DNA of 29,616 nucleotides from an uncultured Acidobacteriota bacterium (GCA_963828465.1 CAWHEU010000006.1:1-29616), one strand, 5' to 3'; positions 1 through 10,282 are shown, numbered from the stretch's first letter. Made by a program: numbers and translations. Notes: generated by a model not told the origin, from the sequence alone.

Positions 1-1228
1 GCTCGCGATGAAGAGGGCGACCGTGAACCCGATCCCGCTGACCGCGGAGAGACCCACGATGTGCAGCCAACTGGTTCCTTCGGGGAGCCGTCCCAACCCG
101 GTCTTGACCGTGACGAAGCTGAGGAGGCTGATCCCGATCGTCTTGCCGAGCACCAGACCGGCGGTGACACCCAGAGCGACTGTCGAGGTCAGGGCGTCGA
201 CGATGTCGATGCCGCGGAAGTCGACACCGGCATTGGCCAGGGCGAACAGCGGGATCACTACGAAGGAGCTCCATACCTGGAGTCGGTACTCGAGCCGGCT
301 GAGGGGTGCGACGGCTTCCGACGAGATATCGCTCAGGAGAAGCGCCTCGTGATCGGCATGCTCCTGGTCTTCTGGCGTGTCGGGCTCGTTCGGGAAGGAG
401 TCGAGGATGGCCCGGGCACGCCGGTCGAACTCGTCTGACGGGTACATCGGTCGGGCCGGAGTGAGGAAGCCGAGGGCGACGCCGGCGAGCGTGGCGTGAA
501 CCCCGGACTCGAACGTGAAGTACCACACGATCACCCCAAGAGGCACATAGAAAGCGAGCGATCGAATGCCCACCCGGGTGGCCACCACGGCCAAGAACAA
601 TCCGCCAATGGCCAGGGCGAGGTAGCCGAGGTTCAGATCCTCGGTGTAGAAGATCGCGATGACAGTTATGGCCCCGATGTCGTCGGCGATCGCCAAAGTG
701 AGCAGGAACAACCGCGCCCCGCTCGGGATCCTGGATCCGAGAAGCGCCAGCACTCCAACCGCGAAAGCGATGTCGGTCGCCATGGGGACACCCCAACCCC
801 GGATCGCCGCCTCACCGGCATCGAGATTGATCCATATGTAGATGAGAGCCGGGAAGATCATGCCGCCGATGGCCGCCATGACGGGGAGGGCTGCGGTCTT
901 GCGATCGCTCAAGTCACCGTGGACCACCTGACGCTTGATCTCGAGGCCGACGACGAAGAAGAAGATCGCCATGAGGCCGTCGTTGATCACGTGCTGGAGG
1001 TCCTCGTCGAAATGAATCGGCCCGAACTCGATGATCAGCGGGGTCTCGAGGATCTGGAAGTAGGTGGCCGACCAGCGGGAGTTGGCCCAGACCATTGCGA
1101 CGATCGCAGCGGCCAGCAAGGACTAGGCCGGATGCCGCCTCGATCCTGGTGAAACGGACGAAGGGGCCGACGAATCGCTGCGGGACGAACCTATCGGATG
1201 TGGCCCAGGTCTCGTGCCTGCGATCCAT
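1..1228 (-). CDS. nhaA: Na+/H+ antiporter NhaA (runs off left edge; +1 indel near 1120)
   Basis: Joining two frames gives EAASGLVLLAAAIVAMVWAN, INDGLMAIFFFVVGLEIKR, GWGVPMATDIAFA, LAIADDIGAI, SGVHATLAGV and GIGFTVALFIA. ATG at 1228 overlaps the fba stop (TGATG). Confidence 0.93.
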
Positions 1229-2257
1229 CAACCTATCGATTTGCCTGCCGAGAGAAGCTGCTCGGCCGCTTCGACCACACGGGTCGCCATGCCGACCTCT
1301 GCTTTCTTCATGTAGGAGCGGGGGTCGTACGTCTTCTTGTCCCCGACCTCACCATCGACTTTGAGGACCCCGTCGTAGTTCTTCAGCATGTGGTCGGCGA
1401 TGGGCCGGGTGTATGCGAACTGGCAGTCGGTGTCGATGTTCATCTTGATCACGCCATAGCCGAGCGTCTCGTGGATCTCGTCGATGCTCGAGCCTGACCC
1501 GCCGTGGAAGACGAGATAATGGCGCGCCCCATCACCGAATCGGCCAGCCACCGCCTCCTGGCCCTCGCGGAGGATGGTCGGATCGAGTTTCACCGACCCC
1601 GGCTTGTACACCCCGTGCACGTTTCCGAAGACGGCCGCAAGCAGGTACTGGCCCTTGTCGAACGTGCCCAGCACTTCCGAGACCCGGACCATGTCGTCGG
1701 GAGAGGTGTACAGCTTGGCCCGATCGATGTCCTCGTTATCGGTGGCGTCTTCGACCCCGCCGACGATCCCGATCTCCAACTCCAGGATGACGTCGAGCTC
1801 GGCGCAGAGATCGAGGAGCTCCCTGGCCAGTGCCAGATTCTCCTCCATCGGCAACTCGGACGCGTCGAGCATGTGTGACTGGAAGACCGGGTCTCTGCCC
1901 AGATCCTTTCGCCGTCGACTCTCCTCGAGCGATCGGCCGGATGAAGCCGTCGACCCGGTCCGGAGGGCAGTGGTCGGTGTGCAGGGCGACGTTCACCGGG
2001 TACTGCTGGGCGACGATGCCGGCGAACTCGGCAAGGGCGATGGCTCCCAGCGCCATGCTTTTGTTCGATTGCCCGGAGGCGAACTCGCCGCCGCCATAGG
2101 AGACCTGGAGGATCCCATCGGAGCCGGCCTGGCTCAGACCTTCGAGGGCGGCCACGATCGTGGTCGAGGATGTGACGTTGATGGCGGGGAGGGCGAATCC
2201 CCCGTTGCGGGCGGCATCGAGCATCTCCCGGTACTTCTCTGGCGTGGCGATGGGCAT
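1228..2257 (-). CDS. fbaA: Class II fructose-bisphosphate aldolase (+1 indel near 1931)
   Basis: N-part MPIATPEKY...FALPAINV...LHTDHC; C-part FQSHMLDAS, FGNVHGVYKPG, VFHGGSGS, KMNIDTD, YDPRSY. Removing one base joins ORFs 1736..2257 and 1228..1872. Confidence 0.95.
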
Positions 2258-2325
2258 GGGATTCGAGAGTACCGCATGCGTCTTACCGACTCGCCGTCAG
2301 AAACCCTTCGCAATAGGTTGACGCG

Positions 2326-2760
2326 GTGACACAGAGTGTCGACCGGTCGGTCGCACCCAAGAAACCGCGCAGCCGTCTGTTGCGCGGGGTCTACTTCGTG
2401 CTCGGCGTCATCTGTCTCGGATTCGTCTACCTCAGCGTCTTGCCCGGTATCCCCACCTTCGACTTCGTGATCCTCGCCGCCTTCTTCTTCTCGATGTCAT
2501 CGGAGAGGGTTCATGGCTGGCTCGTCAACCATCCGATCTACGGGAAGATCATCAAGGGCTATCGAAGCGGTGGTCTCACCATGAGGATGAAATGGGTGGC
2601 GGCGATCGCCATCACTGCCAGCCTCTCGTTCTCTGCGTTCGTCCTCATCGACAACATGGTCCTGAGGATCATCCTCGTTGCAGTCGGGGTTTTTGCCCTC
2701 TGGTTCGTGTTCAGCCGCCCCACCAGGAGACAGATCCACCTCCGGATCAGCCTCCACTGA
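2326..2760 (+). CDS. YbaN/DUF454 family inner membrane protein
   Basis: LPGIPTFDFVILAAFFFSMSSERVHGWLVNHPIYG matches the DUF454 pattern; several hydrophobic helices; ends FSRPT. Confidence 0.85.
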   Translation: MTQSVDRSVAPKKPRSRLLRGVYFVLGVICLGFVYLSVLPGIPTFDFVILAAFFFSMSSERVHGWLVNHPIYGKIIKGYRSGGLTMRMKWVAAIAITASLSFSAFVLIDNMVLRIILVAVGVFALWFVFSRPTRRQIHLRISLH

Positions 2761-3010
2761 CCGCCTGAAGCACCTGAATCTCAGAGGTCGGCCCAACGGG
2801 GGTGTCCAGATCGGCCCGGGCGGCGTCAACGAATATCAGGACATGGGGCCTGATCCTCCCGTCCTCGTCGAGCAGGTGGTTCTCCAACCCCGGTTCGCGG
2901 GAGAACAGGTTCTCGAGCACCTCGGCCAGGTTCTCGCCCTCGGCCTGGTGGCGCACCCCGCTGGTCACCGCCTGGGACAGGACGCGAGGGATCCGCACAG
3001 TGACACTCAT
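2747..3010 (-). CDS. MoaD/ThiS family ubiquitin-like protein
   Basis: 87 aa; VTVRIP start, LLDEDGRIRPHVLIFVD, C-terminal QAVSGG diglycine. Confidence 0.92.
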   Translation of the reverse strand: MSVTVRIPRVLSQAVTSGVRHQAEGENLAEVLENLFSREPGLENHLLDEDGRIRPHVLIFVDAARADLDTPVGPTSEIQVLQAVSGG

Positions 3011-4041
3011 GCGACGATGCTGACCGCCGCGATCCGGGGGAAGGATGCGTTCAATTCCTGCCAGGTGTCTCCGAGATCACGGGTGAGCCAAAGCTTTCCT
3101 CCTGACGTCCCGAAGCAGAATCCACCGTCGCCATCGCCGTCGAAAGCCCGTCGCAGCACACCGGTGAACTGAGGGGCCTCCGACCAGCCACTGCCGGAGA
3201 CGCGCCACGAGGAACCGTCGTCATCGGAGGCGTAGACGCTGAGTTTCCCACCTACGGGGACCCTGTTGTCCGATGACTCGAGAGGGATGGTCAGGAGACG
3301 GCCCGTGCCGGGGTGCCGCCACATGACGAACCCGAACCCGGCCGGCAGGCCGTCCTCGATCCGCTCCCAGTTGTCCCCTCCGTCGGTGGATCGGAAGACG
3401 CCTTGATGGTCCTGGCGCCACATGTGGTCCGGCTCGTCCGGATCGTGAGCCAGACCATGGACGCAATAACCCACCTCCGGTCGCTCACCGCCCTCGGCGG
3501 TGTCAACCGAGGGAATCCCGTCGTTCTTCGGCACCCAGGTGACGCCCTCGTCGTCTGACCTGAAGACGCCGACGGCGGAGATGCCGACCCACATGCCTCC
3601 ATTGCCGGAGAGGATGCGATGGGCACAAAGACCCCCCGCCCCCGGAGACCACTGGTCCCGGGTGTGGTGCTCGTTGAGGCTCGTCACCGGGTCCCAGCTC
3701 ATGCCCCCGTCTTCGGATGAGAAGAGACCCGCCTGAGCGACGCCGGCGAGGAGGCGGTCGCCCTCGTTGTGAAACGTCCAGATCTGCTCCATCTTGCGGT
3801 CCGACCCCTCGGGCCAGGTCGGAGGCGAGTCGCTCGGCTTCCAATCGAGCAGGTTCTCGCTGTGGTGCACCCCGACGCCGTACCAATTGCTGCCGGTGGC
3901 GGCGACACGAGCGCCACCGGTGGTCTGGCCGAAGGCGGTCACCTTCCACCCGGGGAACATCGGGCCATCGACCTGCCAATCTGAGCCCGACTCGGTGAGC
4001 AGATAGGCGCCTTTTTCGGTCCCCACCAGGATTCGCATCAT
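3007..4041 (-). CDS. BNR/Asp-box repeat beta-propeller (sialidase/glycosyl hydrolase-like fold)
   Basis: Five Asp-boxes (SEDGGMSW, SDDEGVTW, STDGGDNW, SDDDGSSW, TRDLGDTW); ILVGTEKG start; GGAGG 6 nt before ATG 4041; ATGA overlap with the MoaD-like gene. Confidence 0.88.
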   Translation of the reverse strand: MMRILVGTEKGAYLLTESGSDWQVDGPMFPGWKVTAFGQTTGGARVAATGSNWYGVGVHHSENLLDWKPSDSPPTWPEGSDRKMEQIWTFHNEGDRLLAGVAQAGLFSSEDGGMSWDPVTSLNEHHTRDQWSPGAGGLCAHRILSGNGGMWVGISAVGVFRSDDEGVTWVPKNDGIPSVDTAEGGERPEVGYCVHGLAHDPDEPDHMWRQDHQGVFRSTDGGDNWERIEDGLPAGFGFVMWRHPGTGRLLTIPLESSDNRVPVGGKLSVYASDDDGSSWRVSGSGWSEAPQFTGVLRRAFDGDGDGGFCFGTSGGKLWLTRDLGDTWQELNASFPRIAAVSIVA

Positions 4042-4053
4042 GAGCATCCTCCA

Positions 4054-4080
4054 ATCGACAATCGGACACTAATTGTCGAT
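4054..4080. promoter_or_regulatory. Perfect inverted repeat between divergent genes, candidate operator
   Basis: ATCGACAAT-N9-ATTGTCGAT. Confidence 0.5.
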
Positions 4081-5269
4081 CACCAAGCACTCGACTCGAC
4101 CCTTCAGCAGGTTCTCGCTCGCTGCTGTGACCGCCACGGCGATGGGTGTGGCCACGTTTGGTCAGAGTGCGTTTGGCGTGCTCGCCTCCAACCTGATCGA
4201 CGAATTCGGCGTGGACAGATGGCAGATCGGGATCCTGGTCTCGGCGAGCGGGTTCACCGGAGCCCTGCTCTCTCCGATATTCGGCCGCTTCACCGACCGC
4301 GTCGGCAGCGTCAGGTCCGTGATCGGGGTGCTGATCCTGGGGATGATCGCAATGGTTCTGGTCGCCGTTGCCCCGAACTACTTCGTCCTCGTCTGCGGTG
4401 CGCTCCTCAGCGGGGTTCCCAACGGATGGACCAACCCGGCCACCAACGCTCTCATCGTCGACAACGTCGTTGCCGGTGCTCGAGGCGTGATCACCGGCAT
4501 CAAGCAATCCGGGGTGCAGATGGCAGCGTTTCTCGGGGGCCTTCTGCTTCCAGCCCTTTCCGCGGCCACCAACTGGCGGCTGGCCTTTGCCTCCTTCCTG
4601 GTGTTCCCTGCGGTCGGGCTGGCGGGGATGTGGCGACGGCCTGAGGTCGATAGGCCACCCAGGATCGAGGGTGCTCCCGTCTCGCCCATCCCTACGGCGG
4701 TCAAGTGGATTGCGGTCTATGGCACGCTCATCGGCCTGGGAGTCTCCGCCACGACGACGTTCCTCCCTTTGTTCGCTGAGGAGAGTCAGGGTTGGACGGT
4801 GACTCAAGCCGGCCTCCTCATCGCCGGTGTCGGCCTGGTCGGCGTGATCGCCCGGATCACCTGGGGGTCGGCCTCGGAGCGATGGCTGGGACACGGTCGG
4901 ACGCTCCGCCTATTGGCGGCGCAGTCGGCCGTCGCCGCGCTGCTTCTCGCTTTGGCCTCGGCGGGGAGCCTGCCCTCCTGGGTGCTCATTCCGGCGGCCT
5001 TGCTGATTGGATCTGGTGCCGTGGCATGGAACGCGGTCGGGATGCTGGCCGTGATGGACTACTCGTTGCCTGAGTTGGTCGGTCGCGGCACAGGACTGGC
5101 GATGCTCGGGTTCCTGACCGGAATCGGCATTGGCGCCCCGCTGATGGGTCTGTCCGTCGATCGGCTCGGGAGCTACACCCCGGGCTGGGTGGTCCTGGCC
5201 AGCCTCTTCTTCGTGTGCGCGGTCGTCGCCGGCAGGATCCATCGCACCGGTACTCTCGCGCACGTTTGA
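4073..5269 (+). CDS. MFS transporter
   Basis: About 12 hydrophobic segments; motif [12 protein letters not shown]; [10 protein letters not shown]; second-half [12 protein letters not shown] start uncertain. Confidence 0.9.
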   Translation: MSITKHSTRPFSRFSLAAVTATAMGVATFGQSAFGVLASNLIDEFGVDRWQIGILVSASGFTGALLSPIFGRFTDRVGSVRSVIGVLILGMIAMVLVAVAPNYFVLVCGALLSGVPNGWTNPATNALIVDNVVAGARGVITGIKQSGVQMAAFLGGLLLPALSAATNWRLAFASFLVFPAVGLAGMWRRPEVDRPPRIEGAPVSPIPTAVKWIAVYGTLIGLGVSATTTFLPLFAEESQGWTVTQAGLLIAGVGLVGVIARITWGSASERWLGHGRTLRLLAAQSAVAALLLALASAGSLPSWVLIPAALLIGSGAVAWNAVGMLAVMDYSLPELVGRGTGLAMLGFLTGIGIGAPLMGLSVDRLGSYTPGWVVLASLFFVCAVVAGRIHRTGTLAHV

Positions 5270-5934
5270 GATTGGTCATCGCCCGCTGCACGGTCGACTA
5301 CTCCGGCCGGGTCACCGCGCATCTTCCCGAGGCGGTGCGGCTGATCATGATCAAGGCAGACGGGACCCTCGCCATCCACTCTGACGGGAACGCCTCCAAA
5401 CCGCTCAACTGGATGGTCTCCCCAAACGTCGTCGAGACCTACGAGGACCGTTGGGAAGTGACCAACGGCAAGGGGGAAAAGCTGGTGATCGCCATCTCCG
5501 AGGTGCTGGAGGACGTGACCCACGCCCTGGGTGACGATCCCGGCTTGCAGAAAGACGGCGTCGAGGCCCATCTCCAGGAGCTACTCGCCGCTCGGCCCTG
5601 GGTGCTGGGAGATGGGCTCAGCCTGATCCGTCGCGAGTACCCCACCGACATCGGACCGGTCGACCTCCTCTGCGCCGATAACGAAGGGCGCGTGGTGGCC
5701 GTCGAGGTGAAGCGGAGGGGCGAGATCGATGGGGTGGAGCAACTCACCCGCTACCTGGAGCGATTGGGTCAGGACCCGCGACTGGGGCCGGTGCGAGGGA
5801 TGTTCGTCGCCCAGCTCATCACCCCGCAGGCTCAGGTACTGGCAGAGGCACGGGGGATCGTCGCGCTGGAGGTCGACTACGACGGTCTTCGCGACATCGA
5901 AGACACCGAGCTGCGCCTGTTCGATCTGCGCTGA
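5266..5934 (+). CDS. nucS: Mismatch-specific endonuclease NucS/EndoMS
   Basis: [67 protein letters not shown], near-terminal RLF. TTG 5266 overlaps the MFS stop. Confidence 0.96.
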   Translation: MRLVIARCTVDYSGRVTAHLPEAVRLIMIKADGTLAIHSDGNASKPLNWMVSPNVVETYEDRWEVTNGKGEKLVIAISEVLEDVTHALGDDPGLQKDGVEAHLQELLAARPWVLGDGLSLIRREYPTDIGPVDLLCADNEGRVVAVEVKRRGEIDGVEQLTRYLERLGQDPRLGPVRGMFVAQLITPQAQVLAEARGIVALEVDYDGLRDIEDTELRLFDLR

Positions 5935-5935
5935 C

Positions 5936-6400
5936 GTGTTCGACATCGTCTTCTACCGGCCGGAGATACCGCCCAATACGGGCAACGCCATGCGTCTGGC
6001 CGCCGTCACCGGATGCCACCTGCATCTCATCGCTCCGCTCGGCTTCGAGATGGACGACGCCAAGCTGCGCCGGGCCGGCATGGACTATCGGGAGAAGGCG
6101 AGTGTCAGCGTCCACGACGACCTGGAGAGCTGGCGGGCCTCCCGCGGGCCGGACCGGGTGTTCGCCTACACCGTCGATGCCGACGTGCTATTCACCGAAG
6201 TCGACTACCGGCCGGGTGATTGCCTCATGTTTGGCCCGGAGTCGGTCGGCCTGCCCGACGACGTCAAGGCGCTGGAGTGGGTGACGCAGTCTCTGCGTCT
6301 ACCGATGCGACCCGGCGTCCGCTCGCTCAACCTCTCCAACTCGACGGCGGTCGTGGTGTACGAGGCATGGCGACAGAACGGCTTCGCCGGGTCACGCTGA
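5936..6400 (+). CDS. trmL: tRNA (cytidine/uridine-34 2'-O)-methyltransferase, SPOUT family
   Basis: [43 protein letters not shown]; GTG start at 5936. Confidence 0.95.
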   Translation: MFDIVFYRPEIPPNTGNAMRLAAVTGCHLHLIAPLGFEMDDAKLRRAGMDYREKASVSVHDDLESWRASRGPDRVFAYTVDADVLFTEVDYRPGDCLMFGPESVGLPDDVKALEWVTQSLRLPMRPGVRSLNLSNSTAVVVYEAWRQNGFAGSR

Positions 6401-7735
6401 TCCTTGGGCAATCAACCTGAACGCGATCGCCTCTGAGAGCACCGCCTTGCCCAGATCGGCCAGATCCTGGCTCTCGTTCGGGGCGTGATAGGCGCTGGTG
6501 GGGTCACTGGTCCCTATCACCAGGATCGGGATACCCGGGTAGATCTCGGAGAAGGTGGAGATGAACGGGATGGACCCTCCAGCCCCCATGTGGACCGGCT
6601 CGGTCCCGAAGGCCTCTTTGAAGGCAGCAGACCAGGCCTCGACGGCGAATGTGTCCATGTCCAGGCTCGTGGCGTCGCCCAGCTCCTCATGGAAGAACTC
6701 CAACTTGGTGCCCCACGGGGCGTGGTCCTCGAGATGCTTCTTCAGTGCATCCCGTGCGGCGTTTGTGTCTTGACCTGGAGCTGTCCGCAGACTGACCTTT
6801 GCCCGTGACACAGGGACCAGTTGGTTGATTGCCTCCGACACGGGTGGCGCATCGAGGGCGAGCACTGACACCGCGGGCCGGGTCCAGATGCGGGAGGGGA
6901 TGGTCCCGGTGCCAATCTGCTCCAGACCGTCCACGCAGCCGGCGAGCTCTCGAGCCAGCGCTTCCGGGACATCGATCCCGCCGACCTCCTCGCTGACCAA
7001 GCCCGGGATGGCCACACAGCCATCTTCGTCGTGAAGTGTCGCCAGCAGACGGATCATGGCGGTCAGCGCGTCGGGGAATACGCCGCCATACGAGCCGGAA
7101 TGGACTGCCTCCTTCAGGGTGCGCAACTCGAACGAGAAGCCGACGATTCCCCGAAGTGAGGTGATGAATGCGGGCACCCCAACAGACCAGTTCCCCCCGT
7201 CACCGATGACGATGACGTCTGGGGCGAGAAGACTCGAGTACCGCTCCAGAATGCCGGCGAGGCTCTCTGACCCAGCCTCCTCCTCTCCCTCGAAGAAGAT
7301 CTGGACACCAACCGGGGGGCGGCCGTCGTGGGCTGCCACCGCCCCGAGATGCATCACCACTCCACCCTTGTCGTCGGCCGCGCCCCTCCCATATAGCCGG
7401 CCTTCCCGCTCGACGGGCTCGAACGGATCGGTGGTCCACTCGTTGGATGGGCCCGGAGGTTGGACGTCGTAGTGGGCGTAGAGAAGAAGGGTGGGAGCAC
7501 CTTTTGGCGCGGGGATCTGGGCGAACACCGCCGGGTTTCCTCCGTCCGCCTCCAGTAACTGGGCTTCCTCGAACCCGGCGCGCTCGAGCATCCCGACGAT
7601 CGTCTCCGCCGCCTCGTGCACCTTGGACTTGTCGAATCCGGAGGCGCTGACCGAGGGAAGTCTGACCAGGTCACCGAGTAACTCGGTGAGTCGGGGGAGG
7701 TCGGCGGCCACTTTGGCTCGTAGATCGTCGTTCAT
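6392..7735 (-). CDS. M20 family metallo-dipeptidase (ArgE/DapE-like)
   Basis: [45 protein letters not shown]; start at MNDDLRAKV. Confidence 0.93.
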   Translation of the reverse strand: MNDDLRAKVAADLPRLTELLGDLVRLPSVSASGFDKSKVHEAAETIVGMLERAGFEEAQLLEADGGNPAVFAQIPAPKGAPTLLLYAHYDVQPPGPSNEWTTDPFEPVEREGRLYGRGAADDKGGVVMHLGAVAAHDGRPPVGVQIFFEGEEEAGSESLAGILERYSSLLAPDVIVIGDGGNWSVGVPAFITSLRGIVGFSFELRTLKEAVHSGSYGGVFPDALTAMIRLLATLHDEDGCVAIPGLVSEEVGGIDVPEALARELAGCVDGLEQIGTGTIPSRIWTRPAVSVLALDAPPVSEAINQLVPVSRAKVSLRTAPGQDTNAARDALKKHLEDHAPWGTKLEFFHEELGDATSLDMDTFAVEAWSAAFKEAFGTEPVHMGAGGSIPFISTFSEIYPGIPILVIGTSDPTSAYHAPNESQDLADLGKAVLSEAIAFRLIAQGSA

Positions 7736-7795
7736 CAGCCGAGCGTAACCACGCCCTTTGTCCCGAAGACTCGCAAGGTGGGCCATCATGGGGCC

Positions 7796-8576
7796 ATGCC
7801 CTCCTTTCGGCTGTTCGGGATCCCGGTGACGATTCGCCCGTCGTTTCTCGTGATCGCCGCTCTGATCGGGTTCACCAGCAGGAGACCGATCGTCTACCTG
7901 GTGGCCTGGGTGGCGATCGTGTTCGTCTCGATCCTCGTCCACGAGCTCGGCCATGCCATCACTGCCCGCTCATATGGTGCCGAAGTCGAGATCGAGCTCA
8001 ATGGCATCGGCGGGCTCACTAGTTGGTCGGTGCCGGACAAGGAGCTGGGCCCGGGGCAGCGGGCCCTGGTGGCGGCGGCCGGGTCGGCCGTCGGGGTCCT
8101 CTTTGGCGGACTGGTGTGGTTGGTCGGCCTGCTCACAGCTCCCGATGGTGAATTGGCCGGATTCGTGGTCAACAATCTCGTCCGGGTCAACGTCTTCTGG
8201 GGACTGATCAACTGGCTTCCGATCCGTCCACTGGACGGCGGCCATCTCTTCACTTCACTCCTGCAGAAGGTGATTCCCTCCAGGGCGGAGGTCATCGCCA
8301 ATGTCGTGTTCTTCATCACGGCGGTAGGCGCACTCGCATGGGCGCTGTGGACCCAGGCGATCTTCCTTGCCCTCATCGCGGGCTGGCTGCTGATGGGAGA
8401 GCTGACCCGGAACAGAGGCGGTCAGAGGCGGCCTCCCGCTCCGATCCCACAGATGACGTTCGATCCCCCGCCCAGCGAACGCCGATGCCCCGCCCGACCA
8501 GGCACCAGTGCCCGACGCCGATCTCGAGCCGCAGCCAAAGCCGGGGCCCGAGCCACAGGCCGAGCCCGAGCACTAG
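7796..8576 (+). CDS. Site-2 protease (M50) family membrane metalloprotease; probable indel near 8471
   Basis: HELGH and [11 protein letters not shown] motifs with TM helices. Removing one C gives a Pro/Glu tail ending PEPQAEPEH* at 8576; the uncorrected ORF ends at 8587. Confidence 0.88.
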
Positions 8577-8599
8577 CGGGCAAGTAGCTTCCCGCCACG

Positions 8600-9838
8600 A
8601 TGGACTTCGCCTACAGCCAGCGGGTCGAGGAGTTGCGGACGCGTCTGCTGACATTCATGGAAGAGGCGGTCTACCCGGCTGAGGCGGTGTACCAGCGGGA
8701 GATGGAGGAGTCGGGCAATCCCCATCATCACCCGGCTGTGATCGAGGAGTTGAAAGTCGAGGCCCGCAGCCGCGGGCTTTGGAATCTCTTCCTCCCCGAT
8801 TCCGAGCTCGGAGCCGGTCTCAGTGTTCTCGAGTACGCCCCGCTCGCCGAGATCACAGGTCGGAGCCCCGAGATCGCTCCCGAGGCCATCAACTGCTCGG
8901 CTCCCGACACCGGGAACATGGAGATCCTCCACTCGTTCGGCACCCCCGAGCAGAAGGAGACCTGGCTCGCGCCGTTGCTGGATGGCGAGTTCAGATCCTG
9001 CTTTTCGATGACAGAGCCCGATGTCGCCAGCTCGGACGCCACCAACATTCGCACCCGTATCGTCCGCGAGGGAGACATGTACCGGATCGCGGGTCGGAAG
9101 TGGTTCAGCTCAGGCGCAGCCTCGACTCGATGCAAAGTGTCGATCGTGATGGGAGTCACCGACCCCGATGCCGAACCGCACCGTCGTCAGTCGATGGTGC
9201 TTGTCCCGATGGACAGTCCCGGTGTGACAGTGGAGCGCGAGCCGACGGTCTTTGGCTATCAGGATCGGGGAGGGCACCCGCAGATCCGATTCGACGACGT
9301 GAGAGTCCCGGTCGCCAACCTCCTCGGCGAGCAGGGTGGGGGGTTTGCTATCGCCCAGGCCAGGCTCGGCCCGGGACGGATCCACCACTGCATGCGGGCC
9401 ATTGGCGCCGCTGAGCGGTGCCTCGACCTGATGGTGCAGCGGTCCCAGGCTCGTACCGCCTTTGGGCGCCCTCTGTCCGAGCAGGGGGTGATCCAGGAGT
9501 GGATCGCGGACGCCCGGATCAGGATCGAGCAAGCCCGTCTTCTCGTCCTCAAGACGGCGTGGATGATCGACGAAGTGGGAGCGAAGGCAGCCCGCACCGA
9601 GATCGCTGCGATCAAGGTGGTGACACCAGCGCTTCTCACCGATATCGCCGATCGCGCCATCCAGCTATTCGGGGCGGCGGGCTTCACCGGAGACTTCCCA
9701 TTGGCACGGTTCTATTCGATGGGGCGTTGGCTCCAGATCGCCGATGGGCCCGACGAGGTCCACCGCAGATCGGTTGCCCGGGCTGAATTGGGGCGACTCG
9801 GTCCCGGCGCGGTCCCAGAGCCCTATCCGTTCGACTGA
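8600..9838 (+). CDS. Acyl-CoA dehydrogenase (ACAD10/11, FadE2-like group)
   Basis: NCSAPDTGNME, FSMTEPDVASSDATNI, GRKWFSSG, RLGPGRIHHCMR, ADGPDEVH. Confidence 0.95.
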   Translation: MDFAYSQRVEELRTRLLTFMEEAVYPAEAVYQREMEESGNPHHHPAVIEELKVEARSRGLWNLFLPDSELGAGLSVLEYAPLAEITGRSPEIAPEAINCSAPDTGNMEILHSFGTPEQKETWLAPLLDGEFRSCFSMTEPDVASSDATNIRTRIVREGDMYRIAGRKWFSSGAASTRCKVSIVMGVTDPDAEPHRRQSMVLVPMDSPGVTVEREPTVFGYQDRGGHPQIRFDDVRVPVANLLGEQGGGFAIAQARLGPGRIHHCMRAIGAAERCLDLMVQRSQARTAFGRPLSEQGVIQEWIADARIRIEQARLLVLKTAWMIDEVGAKAARTEIAAIKVVTPALLTDIADRAIQLFGAAGFTGDFPLARFYSMGRWLQIADGPDEVHRRSVARAELGRLGPGAVPEPYPFD

Positions 9839-9898
9839 ATCCGCCCCAATCCGCCACCGGTTCGGCTCCGAATCATGTTTGGCATCGCGGTCCCAGCG

Positions 9899-9924
9899 GG
9901 AACGAAAAGCCTTGATGTTGCGTT
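9899..9924 (+). promoter_or_regulatory. Candidate ECF sigma (SigH/SigR/SigE-type) promoter of whiB
   Basis: GGAAC-N17-CGTT ending 15 nt before ATG 9940. Confidence 0.65.
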
Positions 9925-9939
9925 TACGGGAGTTCAGAG

Positions 9940-10218
9940 ATGGTTAGTCCTGTGACCTTCGACGTGAGGTTCTCGACATGGCGGGAGGATGCGGCGTGTC
10001 TCGACGTCATCGATGAGGTGTCGTTCTTCCCAGATGCCGAGGACTTGTCTGCCATCGCCCGGGCCAAGGCGGTCTGTGCCACCTGCCCGGTCGCATCTGA
10101 GTGCCTGACCTGGGCCATCGAGACCAATCAGAGCGAAGGCGTGTGGGGAGGTCATACTCCCAAGGAGCGCCGCTCGATCCGCCGCCGCTGGATCGAAGAG
10201 ATCGAACAAGCCTCGTAG
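9940..10218 (+). CDS. whiB: WhiB family Fe-S transcriptional regulator
   Basis: WREDAAC...FFP...AKAVCATCPVASECL...GVWGGHTPKERR: four Cys plus GVWGG. Subclass not assigned. Confidence 0.95.
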   Translation: MVSPVTFDVRFSTWREDAACLDVIDEVSFFPDAEDLSAIARAKAVCATCPVASECLTWAIETNQSEGVWGGHTPKERRSIRRRWIEEIEQAS

Positions 10219-10222
10219 ATTT

Positions 10223-10277
10223 CCTCCCCCAGGAGCGCAGCGACGTTGGGGGAGGTGGCCCGAAGGGCCGGAGGGGG
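10223..10277. repeat. REP-like palindromic intergenic element or bidirectional terminator
   Basis: CCTCCCCCA...TGGGGGAGG stem, then GGCCC-GAA-GGGCC hairpin and GGAGGGGG, between convergent genes. Confidence 0.55.
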
Positions 10278-10282
10278 TTTCC

